NCBI GenBank assembly: GCA_964016885.1
Contig: OZ024742.1
Coordinates: 377,828,001 to 377,892,000 of the forward strand
Reading direction: 5' to 3'
Source of the DNA: Eledone cirrhosa
Taxonomy: Eukaryota
DNA: 64,000 nt
Shown here one piece after another: positions 13,720-27,510 of the stretch (position 1 is its first letter; each line of letters begins with the position of its first letter). The position numbers and the translations under genes were made by a program. The notes below the pieces were generated by a model, which worked only from the letters and a program-made list of their open reading frames with translations, did no database searches and was not told the DNA's origin.

Positions 13720-16700
13720 TTGTTAATCTATCTCTACAGAAGACTAGAACATAATTCTACTTCTGTCACTTGTTAAACTATCTCTACAGAAGACTAAAAC
13801 ATATTTCTACTTCTGTCACTTGTTAAACTATCTCTACAGAAGACTAGAACATATTTCTACTTCTTTCACTTGTTAAACTATCTCTACAGAAGACTAGAAC
13901 ATAATCCTACTTCTGTCACTTGTTAAACTATCTCTACAGAAGACTAGAACATAGAACATATTTCTACTTCTGTTACTTGTTACACTATCTCTACAGAAGA
14001 CTAGAACATGATTCTACTACTCTCACTTGTTAAACTACCTCTACAGAAGACAAGAACATATTTCTACTTCTGTCACTTGTTAAACTACCTCAACAGAAGA
14101 ATAGAACACATTTCTACTTCTGTCACTTGTTAAACTATCTCTAAAGAAGACTAGAACATATTTCTACTTCTGTCACATGTTAAACTATCTCTGCAGAAGA
14201 CTAGAACATATTTCTACTCCTGTCAATCGTTAAATTATCTCTACAGAACACTAGAAAATAATTCTACTTCTTTCACATGTTAAACTATCTCTACAGAAGA
14301 CTAGAACATAATTCTACTTCTTTCACATGTTAAACCATCTCTACAGAAGACTAGAACATAATTCTACTTCTGTCACTTGTTAAACTATCTCTACAGAAGG
14401 CTAGAACATAATTCTACTTCTTTCACATGTTAAACTATATCTACAGAAGACTAGAACATAATTCTACTTCTGTCACTTGTTAACCTATCTCTACAGATGA
14501 CTAGAACATAATTCTACTTCTTTCACTTGTTAAACTATCTCTACAGAAGACTAGAACATATTTATACTATTGTCACATGTTAACCTATCTCTACAGAAGA
14601 CTAGAACATAATTCTACTTCTGTCACATGTTAAACTATCTCTACAGAAGACTAGAACATATTTCTACTTCTGTCACTTGTTAAACTATCTCTACAGAAGA
14701 CTAGAACATATTTCTAAATCTGTCACTTGTTAAACTATCTCTACAGAAGACTAGAACATATTTCTACTTCTGTCACTTGTTAAACTATCTCTACAGAAGA
14801 CTAGAACGTAGAACATATTTCTACATCTGTCACTTGTTAAACTACCTCTACAGAAGACTAAATCATATTTCTATTTCTGTCACTTGTTAAACTATCTCTA
14901 CAGAAGACAAAATATAATTCTACTACTTTCACTTGTTAAACTATCTCTACAGAAGACTAGAACATAATTCTACTTCTTTCACTTGTTAAACTATCTCTAC
15001 AGAAGACTAGAACATAATTCTACTTCTGTCACTTGTTAAACTATCTCTACAGAAGACTAGAACATAATTCTACTTCTTTCACTTGTTAAACTATCTCTAC
15101 AGAAGACTAGAACATAGAACATATTTCTACTTCTGTCACTTGTTAAACTATCTCTACAGAAGACTAAAACATATTTCTACTTCTGTCACTTGTTAAACTA
15201 TCTCTACAGAAGACTAGAACATAATTCTACTTCTCTCACTTGTTAGACTATCTCTACAGAAGACTAGAACATAATTCCACTTCTGTAACTTGTTAAACTA
15301 TCTCTACAGAATACTAGAACTTATTTCTACTTCTGTCACATGATAAACTATCTCTACAGAAGACTAGAACATATTTCTAGTTCTGTCACTTGTTAAACTA
15401 TCTCTACAGAAGACTAGAACATATTTCTACTTCTGTCACTTGTTAAACTATCTCTACAGAAGACTAGAACATAATTCTACTTCTGTCACTTGTTAAACTA
15501 TCTCTACAGAAGACTAGAACATAATTCTACTTCTTTCACTTGTTAAACTATCTCTACAGAAGACTAGAACATAATTCTACTTCTTTCACTTGTTAATCTA
15601 TCTCTACAGAAGACTAGAACATAATTCTACTTCTGTCACTTGTTAAACTATCTCTACAGAAGACTAGAACATAATTCTACTTCTGTCACTTGTTAAACTA
15701 TCTCTACAGAAGACTAGAACTAATTTCTACTTCTGTCAGTTGTTAAACTATCACTAAAGAAGACTTGAACATATTTCTACTTCTGTCACTTGTTAAACTA
15801 TCTGTACAGAAGACTAGAACATAGAACATATTTCTGCTTCTGTCACTTGTTAAAGTATCTCTACAGAAGACTAGAACATATTACTACTTCTGTCACTTGT
15901 TAAACTATCTCTACAAAAGACTAGAACATATTTCTACTACTGTCCCTTGTTAAACTCGCTCTACAGAAGACTAGAACATATTTCTACTACTGTCCCTTGT
16001 TAAACTATCTCTACAGAAGACTAGAACATATTTCTACTTCTGTCACTTGTTAAACTATCTCTACAGAACACTACGACATATTCCTACATCTGTCACTTGT
16101 TAAACTATCTCTACAGAAGACTAGAACATATTTCTTCTTCTGTTACTTGTCACACTATCTCTACAGAAGACAAGAACCTATTTCTATTTCTGTCACTTGT
16201 TAAACTACCTCAACAGAAGAATAGAACACATTTCTACTTCTGTCACTTGTTAAACTATCTCTAAAGAAGACTAGAACATATTTCTACTTCTGTCACATGT
16301 TAAACTATCTCTGCAGAAGACTAGAACATATTTCTACTCCTGTCACTCGTTAAATTATCTCTACAGAACACTAGAAAATAATTCTACTTCTTTCACATGT
16401 TAAACTATCTCTACAGAAGACTAGAACATAATTCTACTTCTTTCACATGTTAAACCATCTCTACAGAAGACTAGAACATAATTCTACTTCTGTCACTTGT
16501 TAAACTATCTCTACAGAACGCTAGAACATAATTCTACTTCTTTCACATGTTAAACTATATCTACAGAGGACTAGAACATAATTCTACTTCTGTCACTTGT
16601 TAACCTATCTCTACAGATGACTAGAACATAATTCTACTTCTTTCACTTGTTAAACTATCTCTACAGAAGACTAGAATATAGTTCTACTATTGTCACATGT

Positions 16701-19700
16701 TAACCTATCTCTACAGAAGACTAGAACATAATTCTACTTCTGTCACATGTTAAACTATCTCTACAGAAGACTAGAACATATTTCTACTTCTGTCACTTGT
16801 TAAACTATCTCTACAGAAGACTAGAACATATTTCTAAATCTGTCACTTGTTAAACTATCTCTACAGAAGACTAAATCATATTTCTACTTCTGTCACTTGT
16901 TAAACTATCTCTACAGAAGACAAAACATAATTCTACTACTTTCACTTGTTAAACTATCTCTACAGAAGACTAGAACATAATTCTACTTCTTTCACTTGTT
17001 AAACTATCTCTACAGAAGACTAGAACATAATTCTACTTCTGTCACTTGTTAAACTATCTCTACAGAAGACTAGAACATAATTCTACTTCTTTCACTTGTT
17101 AAACTATCTCTACAGAAGACTAGAACTTATTTCTACTTCTGTCACATGATAAACTATCTCTACAGAAGACTAGAACATATTTCTACTTCTGTCACTTGTT
17201 AAACTATCTCTACAGAAGACTAGAACATATTTCTACTTCTGTCACTTGTTAAACTATCTCTACAGAAGACTAGAACATAATTCTACTTCTGTCACTTGTT
17301 AAACTATCTCTACAGAAGACTAGAACATAATTCTACTTCTTTCACTTGTTAAACTATCTCTACAGAAGACTAGAACATAATTCTACTTCTTTCATTTGTT
17401 AATCTATCTCTACAGAAGACTAGAACATAATTCTACTTCTGTCACTTGTTAAACTATCTCTACAGAAGACTAAAACATATTTCTACTTCTGTCACTTGTT
17501 AAACTATCTCTACAGAAGACTAGAACATATTTCTACTTCTTTCACTTGTTAAACTATCTCTACAGAAGACTAGAACATAATCCTACTTCTGTCACTTGTT
17601 AAACTATCTCTACAGAAGACTAGAACATAGAACATATTTCTACTTCTGTTACTTGTTACACTATCTCTACAGAAGACTAGAACATGATTCTACTACTCTC
17701 ACTTGTTAAACTACCTCTACAGAAGACAAGAACATATTTCTACTTCTGTCACTTGTTAAACTACCTCAACAGAAGAATAGAACACATTTCTACTTCTGTC
17801 ACTTGTTAAACTATCTCTAAAGAAGACTAGAACATATTTCTACTTCTGTCACATGTTAAACTATCTCTGCAGAAGACTAGAACATATTTCTACTCCTGTC
17901 AATCGTTAAATTATCTCTACAGAACACTAGAAAATAATTCTACTTCTTTCACATGTTAAACTATCTCTACAGAAGACTAGAACATAATTCTACTTCTTTC
18001 ACATGTTAAACCATCTCTACAGAAGACTAGAACATAATTCTACTTCTGTCACTTGTTAAACTATCTCTACAGAAGGCTAGAACATAATTCTACTTCTTTC
18101 ACATGTTAAACTATATCTACAGAAGACTAGAACATAATTCTACTTCTGTCACTTGTTAACCTATCTCTACAGATGACTAGAACATAATTCTACTTCTTTC
18201 ACTTGTTAAACTATCTCTACAGAAGACTAGAACATATTTATACTATTGTCACATGTTAACCTATCTCTACAGAAGACTAGAACATAATTCTACTTCTGTC
18301 ACATGTTAAACTATCTCTACAGAAGACTAGAACATATTTCTACTTCTGTCACTTGTTAAACTATCTCTACAGAAGACTAGAACATATTTCTAAATCTGTC
18401 ACTTGTTAAACTATCTCTACAGAAGACTAGAACATATTTCTACTTCTGTCACTTGTTAAACTATCTCTACAGAAGACTAGAACGTAGAACATATTTCTAC
18501 ATCTGTCACTTGTTAAACTACCTCTACAGAAGACTAAATCATATTTCTATTTCTGTCACTTGTTAAACTATCTCTACAGAAGACAAAATATAATTCTACT
18601 ACTTTCACTTGTTAAACTATCTCTACAGAAGACTAGAACATAATTCTACTTCTTTCACTTGTTAAACTATCTCTACAGAAGACTAGAACATAATTCTACT
18701 TCTGTCACTTGTTAAACTATCTCTACAGAAGACTAGAACATAATTCTACTTCTTTCACTTGTTAAACTATCTCTACAGAAGACTAGAACATAGAACATAT
18801 TTCTACTTCTGTCACTTGTTAAACTATCTCTACAGAAGACTAAAACATATTTCTACTTCTGTCACTTGTTAAACTATCTCTACAGAAGACTAGAACATAA
18901 TTCTACTTCTCTCACTTGTTAGACTATCTCTACAGAAGACTAGAACATAATTCCACTTCTGTAACTTGTTAAACTATCTCTACAGAATACTAGAACTTAT
19001 TTCTACTTCTGTCACATGATAAACTATCTCTACAGAAGACTAGAACATATTTCTAGTTCTGTCACTTGTTAAACTATCTCTACAGAAGACTAGAACATAT
19101 TTCTACTTCTGTCACTTGTTAAACTATCTCTACAGAAGACTAGAACATAATTCTACTTCTGTCACTTGTTAAACTATCTCTACAGAAGACTAGAACATAA
19201 TTCTACTTCTTTCACTTGTTAAACTATCTCTACAGAAGACTAGAACATAATTCTACTTCTTTCACTTGTTAATCTATCTCTACAGAAGACTAGAACATAA
19301 TTCTACTTCTGTCACTTGTTAAACTATCTCTACAGAAGACTAGAACATAATTCTACTTCTGTCACTTGTTAAACTATCTCTACAGAAGACTAGAACTAAT
19401 TTCTACTTCTGTCAGTTGTTAAACTATCACTAAAGAAGACTTGAACATATTTCTACTTCTGTCACTTGTTAAACTATCTGTACAGAAGACTAGAACATAG
19501 AACATATTTCTGCTTCTGTCACTTGTTAAAGTATCTCTACAGAAGACTAGAACATATTACTACTTCTGTCACTTGTTAAACTATCTCTACAAAAGACTAG
19601 AACATATTTCTACTACTGTCCCTTGTTAAACTCGCTCTACAGAAGACTAGAACATATTTCTACTACTGTCCCTTGTTAAACTATCTCTACAGAAGACTAG

Positions 19701-21138
19701 AACATATTTCTACTTCTGTCACTTGTTAAACTATCTCTACAGAACACTACGACATATTCCTACATCTGTCACTTGTTAAACTATCTCTACAGAAGACTAG
19801 AACATATTTCTTCTTCTGTTACTTGTCACACTATCTCTACAGAAGACAAGAACCTATTTCTATTTCTGTCACTTGTTAAACTACCTCAACAGAAGAATAG
19901 AACACATTTCTACTTCTGTCACTTGTTAAACTATCTCTAAAGAAGACTAGAACATATTTCTACTTCTGTCACATGTTAAACTATCTCTGCAGAAGACTAG
20001 AACATATTTCTACTCCTGTCACTCGTTAAATTATCTCTACAGAACACTAGAAAATAATTCTACTTCTTTCACATGTTAAACTATCTCTACAGAAGACTAG
20101 AACATAATTCTACTTCTTTCACATGTTAAACCATCTCTACAGAAGACTAGAACATAATTCTACTTCTGTCACTTGTTAAACTATCTCTACAGAACGCTAG
20201 AACATAATTCTACTTCTTTCACATGTTAAACTATATCTACAGAGGACTAGAACATAATTCTACTTCTGTCACTTGTTAACCTATCTCTACAGATGACTAG
20301 AACATAATTCTACTTCTTTCACTTGTTAAACTATCTCTACAGAAGACTAGAATATAGTTCTACTATTGTCACATGTTAACCTATCTCTACAGAAGACTAG
20401 AACATAATTCTACTTCTGTCACATGTTAAACTATCTCTACAGAAGACTAGAACATATTTCTACTTCTGTCACTTGTTAAACTATCTCTACAGAAGACTAG
20501 AACATATTTCTAAATCTGTCACTTGTTAAACTATCTCTACAGAAGACTAAATCATATTTCTACTTCTGTCACTTGTTAAACTATCTCTACAGAAGACAAA
20601 ACATAATTCTACTACTTTCACTTGTTAAACTATCTCTACAGAAGACTAGAACATAATTCTACTTCTTTCACTTGTTAAACTATCTCTACAGAAGACTAGA
20701 ACATAATTCTACTTCTGTCACTTGTTAAACTATCTCTACAGAAGACTAGAACATAATTCTACTTCTTTCACTTGTTAAACTATCTCTACAGAAGACTAGA
20801 ACTTATTTCTACTTCTGTCACATGATAAACTATCTCTACAGAAGACTAGAACATATTTCTACTTCTGTCACTTGTTAAACTATCTCTACAGAAGACTAGA
20901 ACATATTTCTACTTCTGTCACTTGTTAAACTATCTCTACAGAAGACTAGAACATAATTCTACTTCTGTCACTTGTTAAACTATCTCTACAGAAGACTAGA
21001 ACATAATTCTACTTCTTTCACTTGTTAAACTATCTCTACAGAAGACTAGAACATAATTCTACTTCTTTCATTTGTTAATCTATCTCTACAGAAGACTAGA
21101 ACATAATTCTACTTCTGTCACTTGTTAAACTATCTCTA
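13720..21138. repeat. Recent tandem duplication, unit 3676 bp (73 monomers: four 57-mers, two 49-mers)
   Basis: Rare variants pair at a constant offset of 3676: GTCAATCG 14225/17901, CTACATCTG 14821/18497, TGTTAGACTA 15241/18917, TCTGTACAG 15801/19477, CTAGAATATAG 16671/20347, TTCATTTG 17391/21067. The length matches 73x50+28-2=3676. Confidence 0.93.
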
Positions 21139-21139
21139 A

Positions 21140-24100
21140 AGAAGACTAGAAAATAATTCTACTTCTTTCACATGTTAAACTATCTCTACAGAAGACTAGA
21201 ACATAATTCTACTTCTTTCACATGTTAAACCATCTCTACAGAAGACTAGAACATAATTCTACTTCTGTCACTTGTTAAACTATCTCTACAGAACGCTAGA
21301 ACATAATTCTACTTCTTTCACATGTTAAACTATATCTACAGAGGACTAGAACATAATTCTACTTCTGTCACTTGTTAACCTATCTCTACAGATGACTAGA
21401 ACATAATTCTACTTCTTTCACTTGTTAAACTATCTCTACAGAAGACTAGAACATAGTTCTACTATTGTCACATGTTAACCTATCTCTACAGAAGACTAGA
21501 ACATAATTCTACTTCTGTCACATGTTAAACTATCTCTACAGAAGACTAGAACATAGAACATATTTCTACTTCTGTCACTTGTTAAACTATCTCTACAGAA
21601 GACTAAAACATATTTCTACTTCTCTCACTTGTTAAACTATCTCTACAGAAGACTAGAACATATTTCTACTTCTGTCACTTGTTAAACTATCTCTACAGAA
21701 GACTAGAACATATTTCTAAATCTGTCACTTGTTAAACTATCTCTACAGAAGACTAGAACATATTTCTACTTCTGTCACTTGTTAAACTATCTCTACAGAA
21801 GACTAGAACATAGAACATATTTCTACTTCTGTCACTTGTTAAACTATCTCTACAGAAGACTAAAACATATTTCTACTTCTCTCACTTGTTAAACTATCTC
21901 TACAGAAGACTAGAACATAATTCCACTTCTGTAACTTGTTAAACTATCTCTACAGAATACTAGAACTTATTTCTACTTCTGTCACATGATAAACTATCTC
22001 TACAGAAGACTAGAACATATTTCTACTTCTGTCACTTGTTAAACTATCTCTACAGAAGACTAGAACATATTTCTACTTCTGTCACTTGTTAAACTATCTC
22101 TACAGAAGACTAGAACATAATTCTACTTCTGTCACTTGTTAAACTATCACTACAGAAGACTAGAACATAATTCTACTACTTTCACTTGTTAAACTATCTC
22201 TACAGAAGACTAGAACATAATTCTACTTCTTTCACTTGTTAATCTATCTCTACAGAAGACTAGAACATAATTCTACTTCTGTCACTTGTTAAACTATCTC
22301 TACAGAAGACTAAAACATATTTCTACTTCTGTCACTTGTTAAACTATCTCTACAGAAGACTAGAACATATTTCTACTTCTTTCACTTGTTAAACTATCTC
22401 TACAGAAGACTAGAACATAATTCTACTTCTTTCACTTGTTAAACTATCTCTACAGAAGACTAGAAAATAATTCTACTTCTTTCACATGTTAAACTATCTC
22501 TACAGAAGACTAGAACATAATTCTACTTCTTTCACATGTTAAACCATCTCTACAGAAGACTAGAACATAATTCTACTTCTGTCACTTGTTAAACTATCTC
22601 TACAGAACGCTAGAACATAATTCTACTTCTTTCACATGTTAAACTATATCTACAGAGGACTAGAACATAATTCTACTTCTGTCACTTGTTAACCTATCTC
22701 TACAGATGACTAGAACATAATTCTACTTCTTTCACTTGTTAAACTATCTCTACAGAAGACTAGAACATAGTTCTACTATTGTCACATGTTAACCTATCTC
22801 TACAGAAGACTAGAACATAATTCTACTTCTGTCACATGTTAAACTATCTCTACAGAAGACTAGAACATATTTCTACTTCTGTCACTTGTTAAACTATCTC
22901 TACAGAAGACTAGAACATATTTCTAAATCTGTCACTTGTTAAACTATCTCTACAGAAGACTAGAACATATTTCTACTTCTGTCACTTGTTAAACTATCTC
23001 TACAGAAGACTAGAACGTAGAACATATTTCTACTTCTGTCACTTGTTAAACTACCTATACAGAAGACTAAATCATATTTCTACTTCTGTCACTTGTTAAA
23101 CTATCTCTACAGAAGACAAAACATAATTCTACTACTTTCACTTGTTAAACTATCTCTACAGAAGACTAGAACATAATTCTACTTCTTTCACTTGTTAAAC
23201 TATCTCTACAGAAGACTAGAACATAATTCTACTTCTGTCACTTGTTAAACTATCTCTACAGAAGACTAGAACATAATTCTACTTCTTTCACTTGTTAAAC
23301 TATCTCTACAGAAGACTAGAACATAGAACATATTTCTACTTCTGTCACTTGTTAAACTATCTCTACAGAAGACTAAAACATATTTCTACTTCTCTCACTT
23401 GTTAAACTATCTCTACAGAAGACTAGAACATAATTCCACTTCTGTAACTTGTTAAACTATCTCTACAGAATACTAGAACTTATTTCTACTTCTGTCACAT
23501 GATAAACTATCTCTACAGAAGACTAGAACATATTTCTACTTCTGTCACTTGTTAAACTATCTCTACAGAAGACTAGAACATATTTCTACTTCTGTCACTT
23601 GTTAAACTATCTCTACAGAAGACTAGAACATAATTCTACTTCTGTCACTTGTTAAACTATCTCTACAGAAGACTAGAACATAATTCTACTTCTTTCACTT
23701 GTTAAACTATCATTACAGAAGACTAGAACATAATTCTACTTCTTTCACTTGTTAATCTATCTCTACAGAAGACTAGAACATAATTCTACTTCTGTCACTT
23801 GTTAAACTATCTCTACAGAAGACTAAAACATATTTCTACTTCTGTCACTTGTTAAACTATCTCTACAGAAGACTAGAACATATTTCTACTTCTTTCACTT
23901 GTTAAACTATCTCTACAGAAGACTAGAACATAATTCTACTTCTTTCACTTGTTAAACTATCTCTACAGAAGACTAGAAAATAATTCTACTTCTTTCACAT
24001 GTTAAACTATCTCTACAGAAGACTAGAACATAATTCTACTTCTTTCACATGTTAAACCATCTCTACAGAAGACTAGAACATAATTCTACTTCTGTCACTT

Positions 24101-27100
24101 GTTAAACTATCTCTACAGAACGCTAGAACATAATTCTACTTCTTTCACATGTTAAACTATATCTACAGAAGACTAGAACATAATTCTACTTCTGTCACTT
24201 GTTAACCTATCTCTACAGATGACTAGAACATAATTCTACTTCTTTCACTTGTTAAACTATCTCTACAGAAGACTAGAACATAGTTCTACTATTGTCACAT
24301 GTTAACCTATCTCTACAGAAGACTAGAACATAATTCTACTTCTGTCACATGTTAAACTATCTCTACAGAAGACTAGAACATATTTCTACTTCTGTCACTT
24401 GTTAAACTATCTCTACAGAAGACTAGAACATATTTCTAAATCTGTCACTTGTTAAACTACCTCTACAGAAGACTAAATCATATTTCTACTTCTGTCACTT
24501 GTTAAACTATCTCTACAGAAGACAAAACATAATTCTACTACTTTCACTTGTTAAACTATCTCTACAGAAGACTAGAACATAATTCTACTTCTTTCACTTG
24601 TTAAACTATCTCTACAGAAGACTAGAACATAATTCTACTTCTGTCACTTGTTAAACTATCTCTACAGAAGACTAGAACATAATTCTACTTCTTTCACTTG
24701 TTAAACTATCTCTACAGAAGACTAGAACATAGAACATATTTCTACTTCTGTCACTTGTTAAACTATCTCTACAGAAGACTAAAACATATTTCTACTTCTG
24801 TCACATGTTAAACTATCTCTACAGAAGACTAGAACATAATTCTACTTCTCTCACTTGTTAAACTATCTCTACAGAAGACTAGAACATAATTCCACTTCTG
24901 TAACTTGTTAAACTATCTCTACAGAATACTAGAACTTATGTCTACTTCTGTCACATGATAAACTATCTCTACAGAAGACTAGAACATATTTCTACTTCTG
25001 TCACTTGTTAAACTATCTCTACAGAAGACTAGAACATATTTCTACTTCTGTCACTTGTTAAACTATCTCTACAGAAGACTAGAACATAATTCTACTTCTG
25101 TCACTTGTTAAACTATCTCTACAGAAGACTAGAACATAATTCTACTTCTTTCACTTGTTAAACTATCTCTACAGAAGACTAGAACATAATTCTACTTCTT
25201 TCACTTGTTAATCTATCTCTACAGAAGACTAGAACATAATTCTACTTCTGTCACTTGTTAAACTATCTCTACAGAAGACTAAAACATATTTCTACTTCTG
25301 TCACTTGTTAAACTATCTCTACAGAAGACTAGAACATATTTCTACTTCTTTCACTTGTTAAACTATCTCTACAAAAGACTAGAACATAATTCTACTTCTT
25401 TCACTTGTTAAACTATCTCTACAGAAGACTAGAACATAATCCTACTTCTGTCACTTGTTAAACTATCTCTACAGAAGATTAGAACATAGAACATATTTCT
25501 ACTTCTGTTACTTGTTACACTATCTCTACAGAAGACTAGAACATGATTCTACTACTCTCACTTGTTAAACTACCTCTACAGAAGACAAGAACATATTTCT
25601 ACTTCTGTCACTTGTTAAACTACCTCAACAGAAGAATAGAACACATTTCTACTTCTGTCACTTGTTAAACTATCTCTAAAGAAGACTAGAACATATTTCT
25701 ACTTCTGTCACATGTTAAACTATCTCTGCAGAAGACTAGAACATATTTCTACTCCTGTCAATCGTTAAATTATCTCTACAGAACACTAGAAAATAATTCT
25801 ACTTCTTTCACATGTTAAACTATCTCTACAGAAGACTAGAACATAATTCTACTTCTTTCACATGTTAAACCATCTCTACAGAAGACTAGAACATAATTCT
25901 ACTTCTGTCACTTGTTAAACTATCTCTACAGAAGGCTAGAACATAATTCTACTTCTTTCACATGTTAAACTATATCTACAGAAGACTAGAACATAATTCT
26001 ACTTCTGTCACTTGTTAACCTATCTCTACAGATGACTAGAACATAATTCTACTTCTTTCACTTGTTAAACTATCTCTACAGAAGACTAGAACATATTTCT
26101 ACTATTGTCACATGTTAACCTATCTCTACAGAAGACTAGAACATAATTCTACTTCTTTCACATGTTAAACTATCTCTACAGAAGACTAGAACATAATTCT
26201 ACTTCTTTCCCATGTTAAACCATCTCTACAGAAGTCTAGAACATAATTCCACTTCTGTAACTTGTTAAACTATCTCTACAGAATACTAGAACTTATGTCT
26301 ACTTCTGTCACATGATAAACTATCTCTACAGAAGACTAGAACATATTTCTACTTCTGTCACTTGTTAAACTATCTCTACAGAAGACTAGAACATATTTCT
26401 ACTTCTGTCACTTGTTAAACTATCTCTACAGAAGACTAGAACATAATTCTACTTCTGTCACTTGTTAAACTATCTCTACAGAAGACTAGAACATAATTCT
26501 ACTTCTTTCACTTGTTAAACTATCTCTACAGAAGACTAGAACATAATTCTACTTCTTTCACTTGTTAATCTATCTCTACAGAAGACTAGAACATAATTCT
26601 ACTTCTGTCACTTGTTAAACTATCTCTACAGAAGACTAAAACATATTTCTACTTCTGTCACTTGTTAACCTATCTCTACAGAAGACTAGAACATATTTCT
26701 ACTTCTTTCACTTGTTAAACTATGTCTACAGAAGACTAGAACATAATTCTACTTCTTTCACTTGTTAAACTATCTCTACAGAAGACTAGAACATAATCCT
26801 ACTTCTGTCACTTGTTAAACTATCTCTACAGAAGACTAGAACATAGAACATATTTCTACTTCTGTTACTTGTTACACTATCTCTACAGAAGACTAGAACA
26901 TGATTCTACTACTCTCACTTGTTAAACTACCTCTACAGAAGACAAGAACATATTTCTACTTCTGTCACTTGTTAAACTACCTCAACAGAAGAATAGAACA
27001 CATTTCTACTTCTGTCACTTGTTAAACTATCTCTAAAGAAGACTAGAACATATTTCTACTTCTGTCACATGTTAAACTATCTCTGCAGAAGACTAGAACA

Positions 27101-27510
27101 TATTTCTACTCCTGTCAATCGTTAAATTATCTCTACAGAACACTAGAAAATAATTCTACTTCTTTCACATGTTAAACTATCTCTACAGAAGACTAGAACA
27201 TAATTCTACTTCTTTCACATGTTAAACCATCTCTACAGAAGACTAGAACATAATTCTACTTCTGTCACTTGTTAAACTATCTCTACAGAAGGCTAGAACA
27301 TAATTCTACTTCTTTCACATGTTAAACTATATCTACAGAAGACTAGAACATAATTCTACTTCTGTCACTTGTTAACCTATCTCTACAGATGACTAGAACA
27401 TAATTCTACTTCTTTCACTTGTTAAACTATCTCTACAGAAGACTAGAACATATTTCTACTATTGTCACATGTTAACCTATCTCTACAGAAGACTAGAACA
27501 TAATTCTACT
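21140..27510. repeat. Zone of shortened higher-order units (1513, 1456, 1357 bp; 30, 29, 27 monomers)
   Basis: The TTCCAC..GTAAC marker is at 21921, 23434, 24890 and 26247. CTTATGTC at 24935/26292 and the CAAC marker at 25626/26983 both give offset 1357. Confidence 0.85.
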
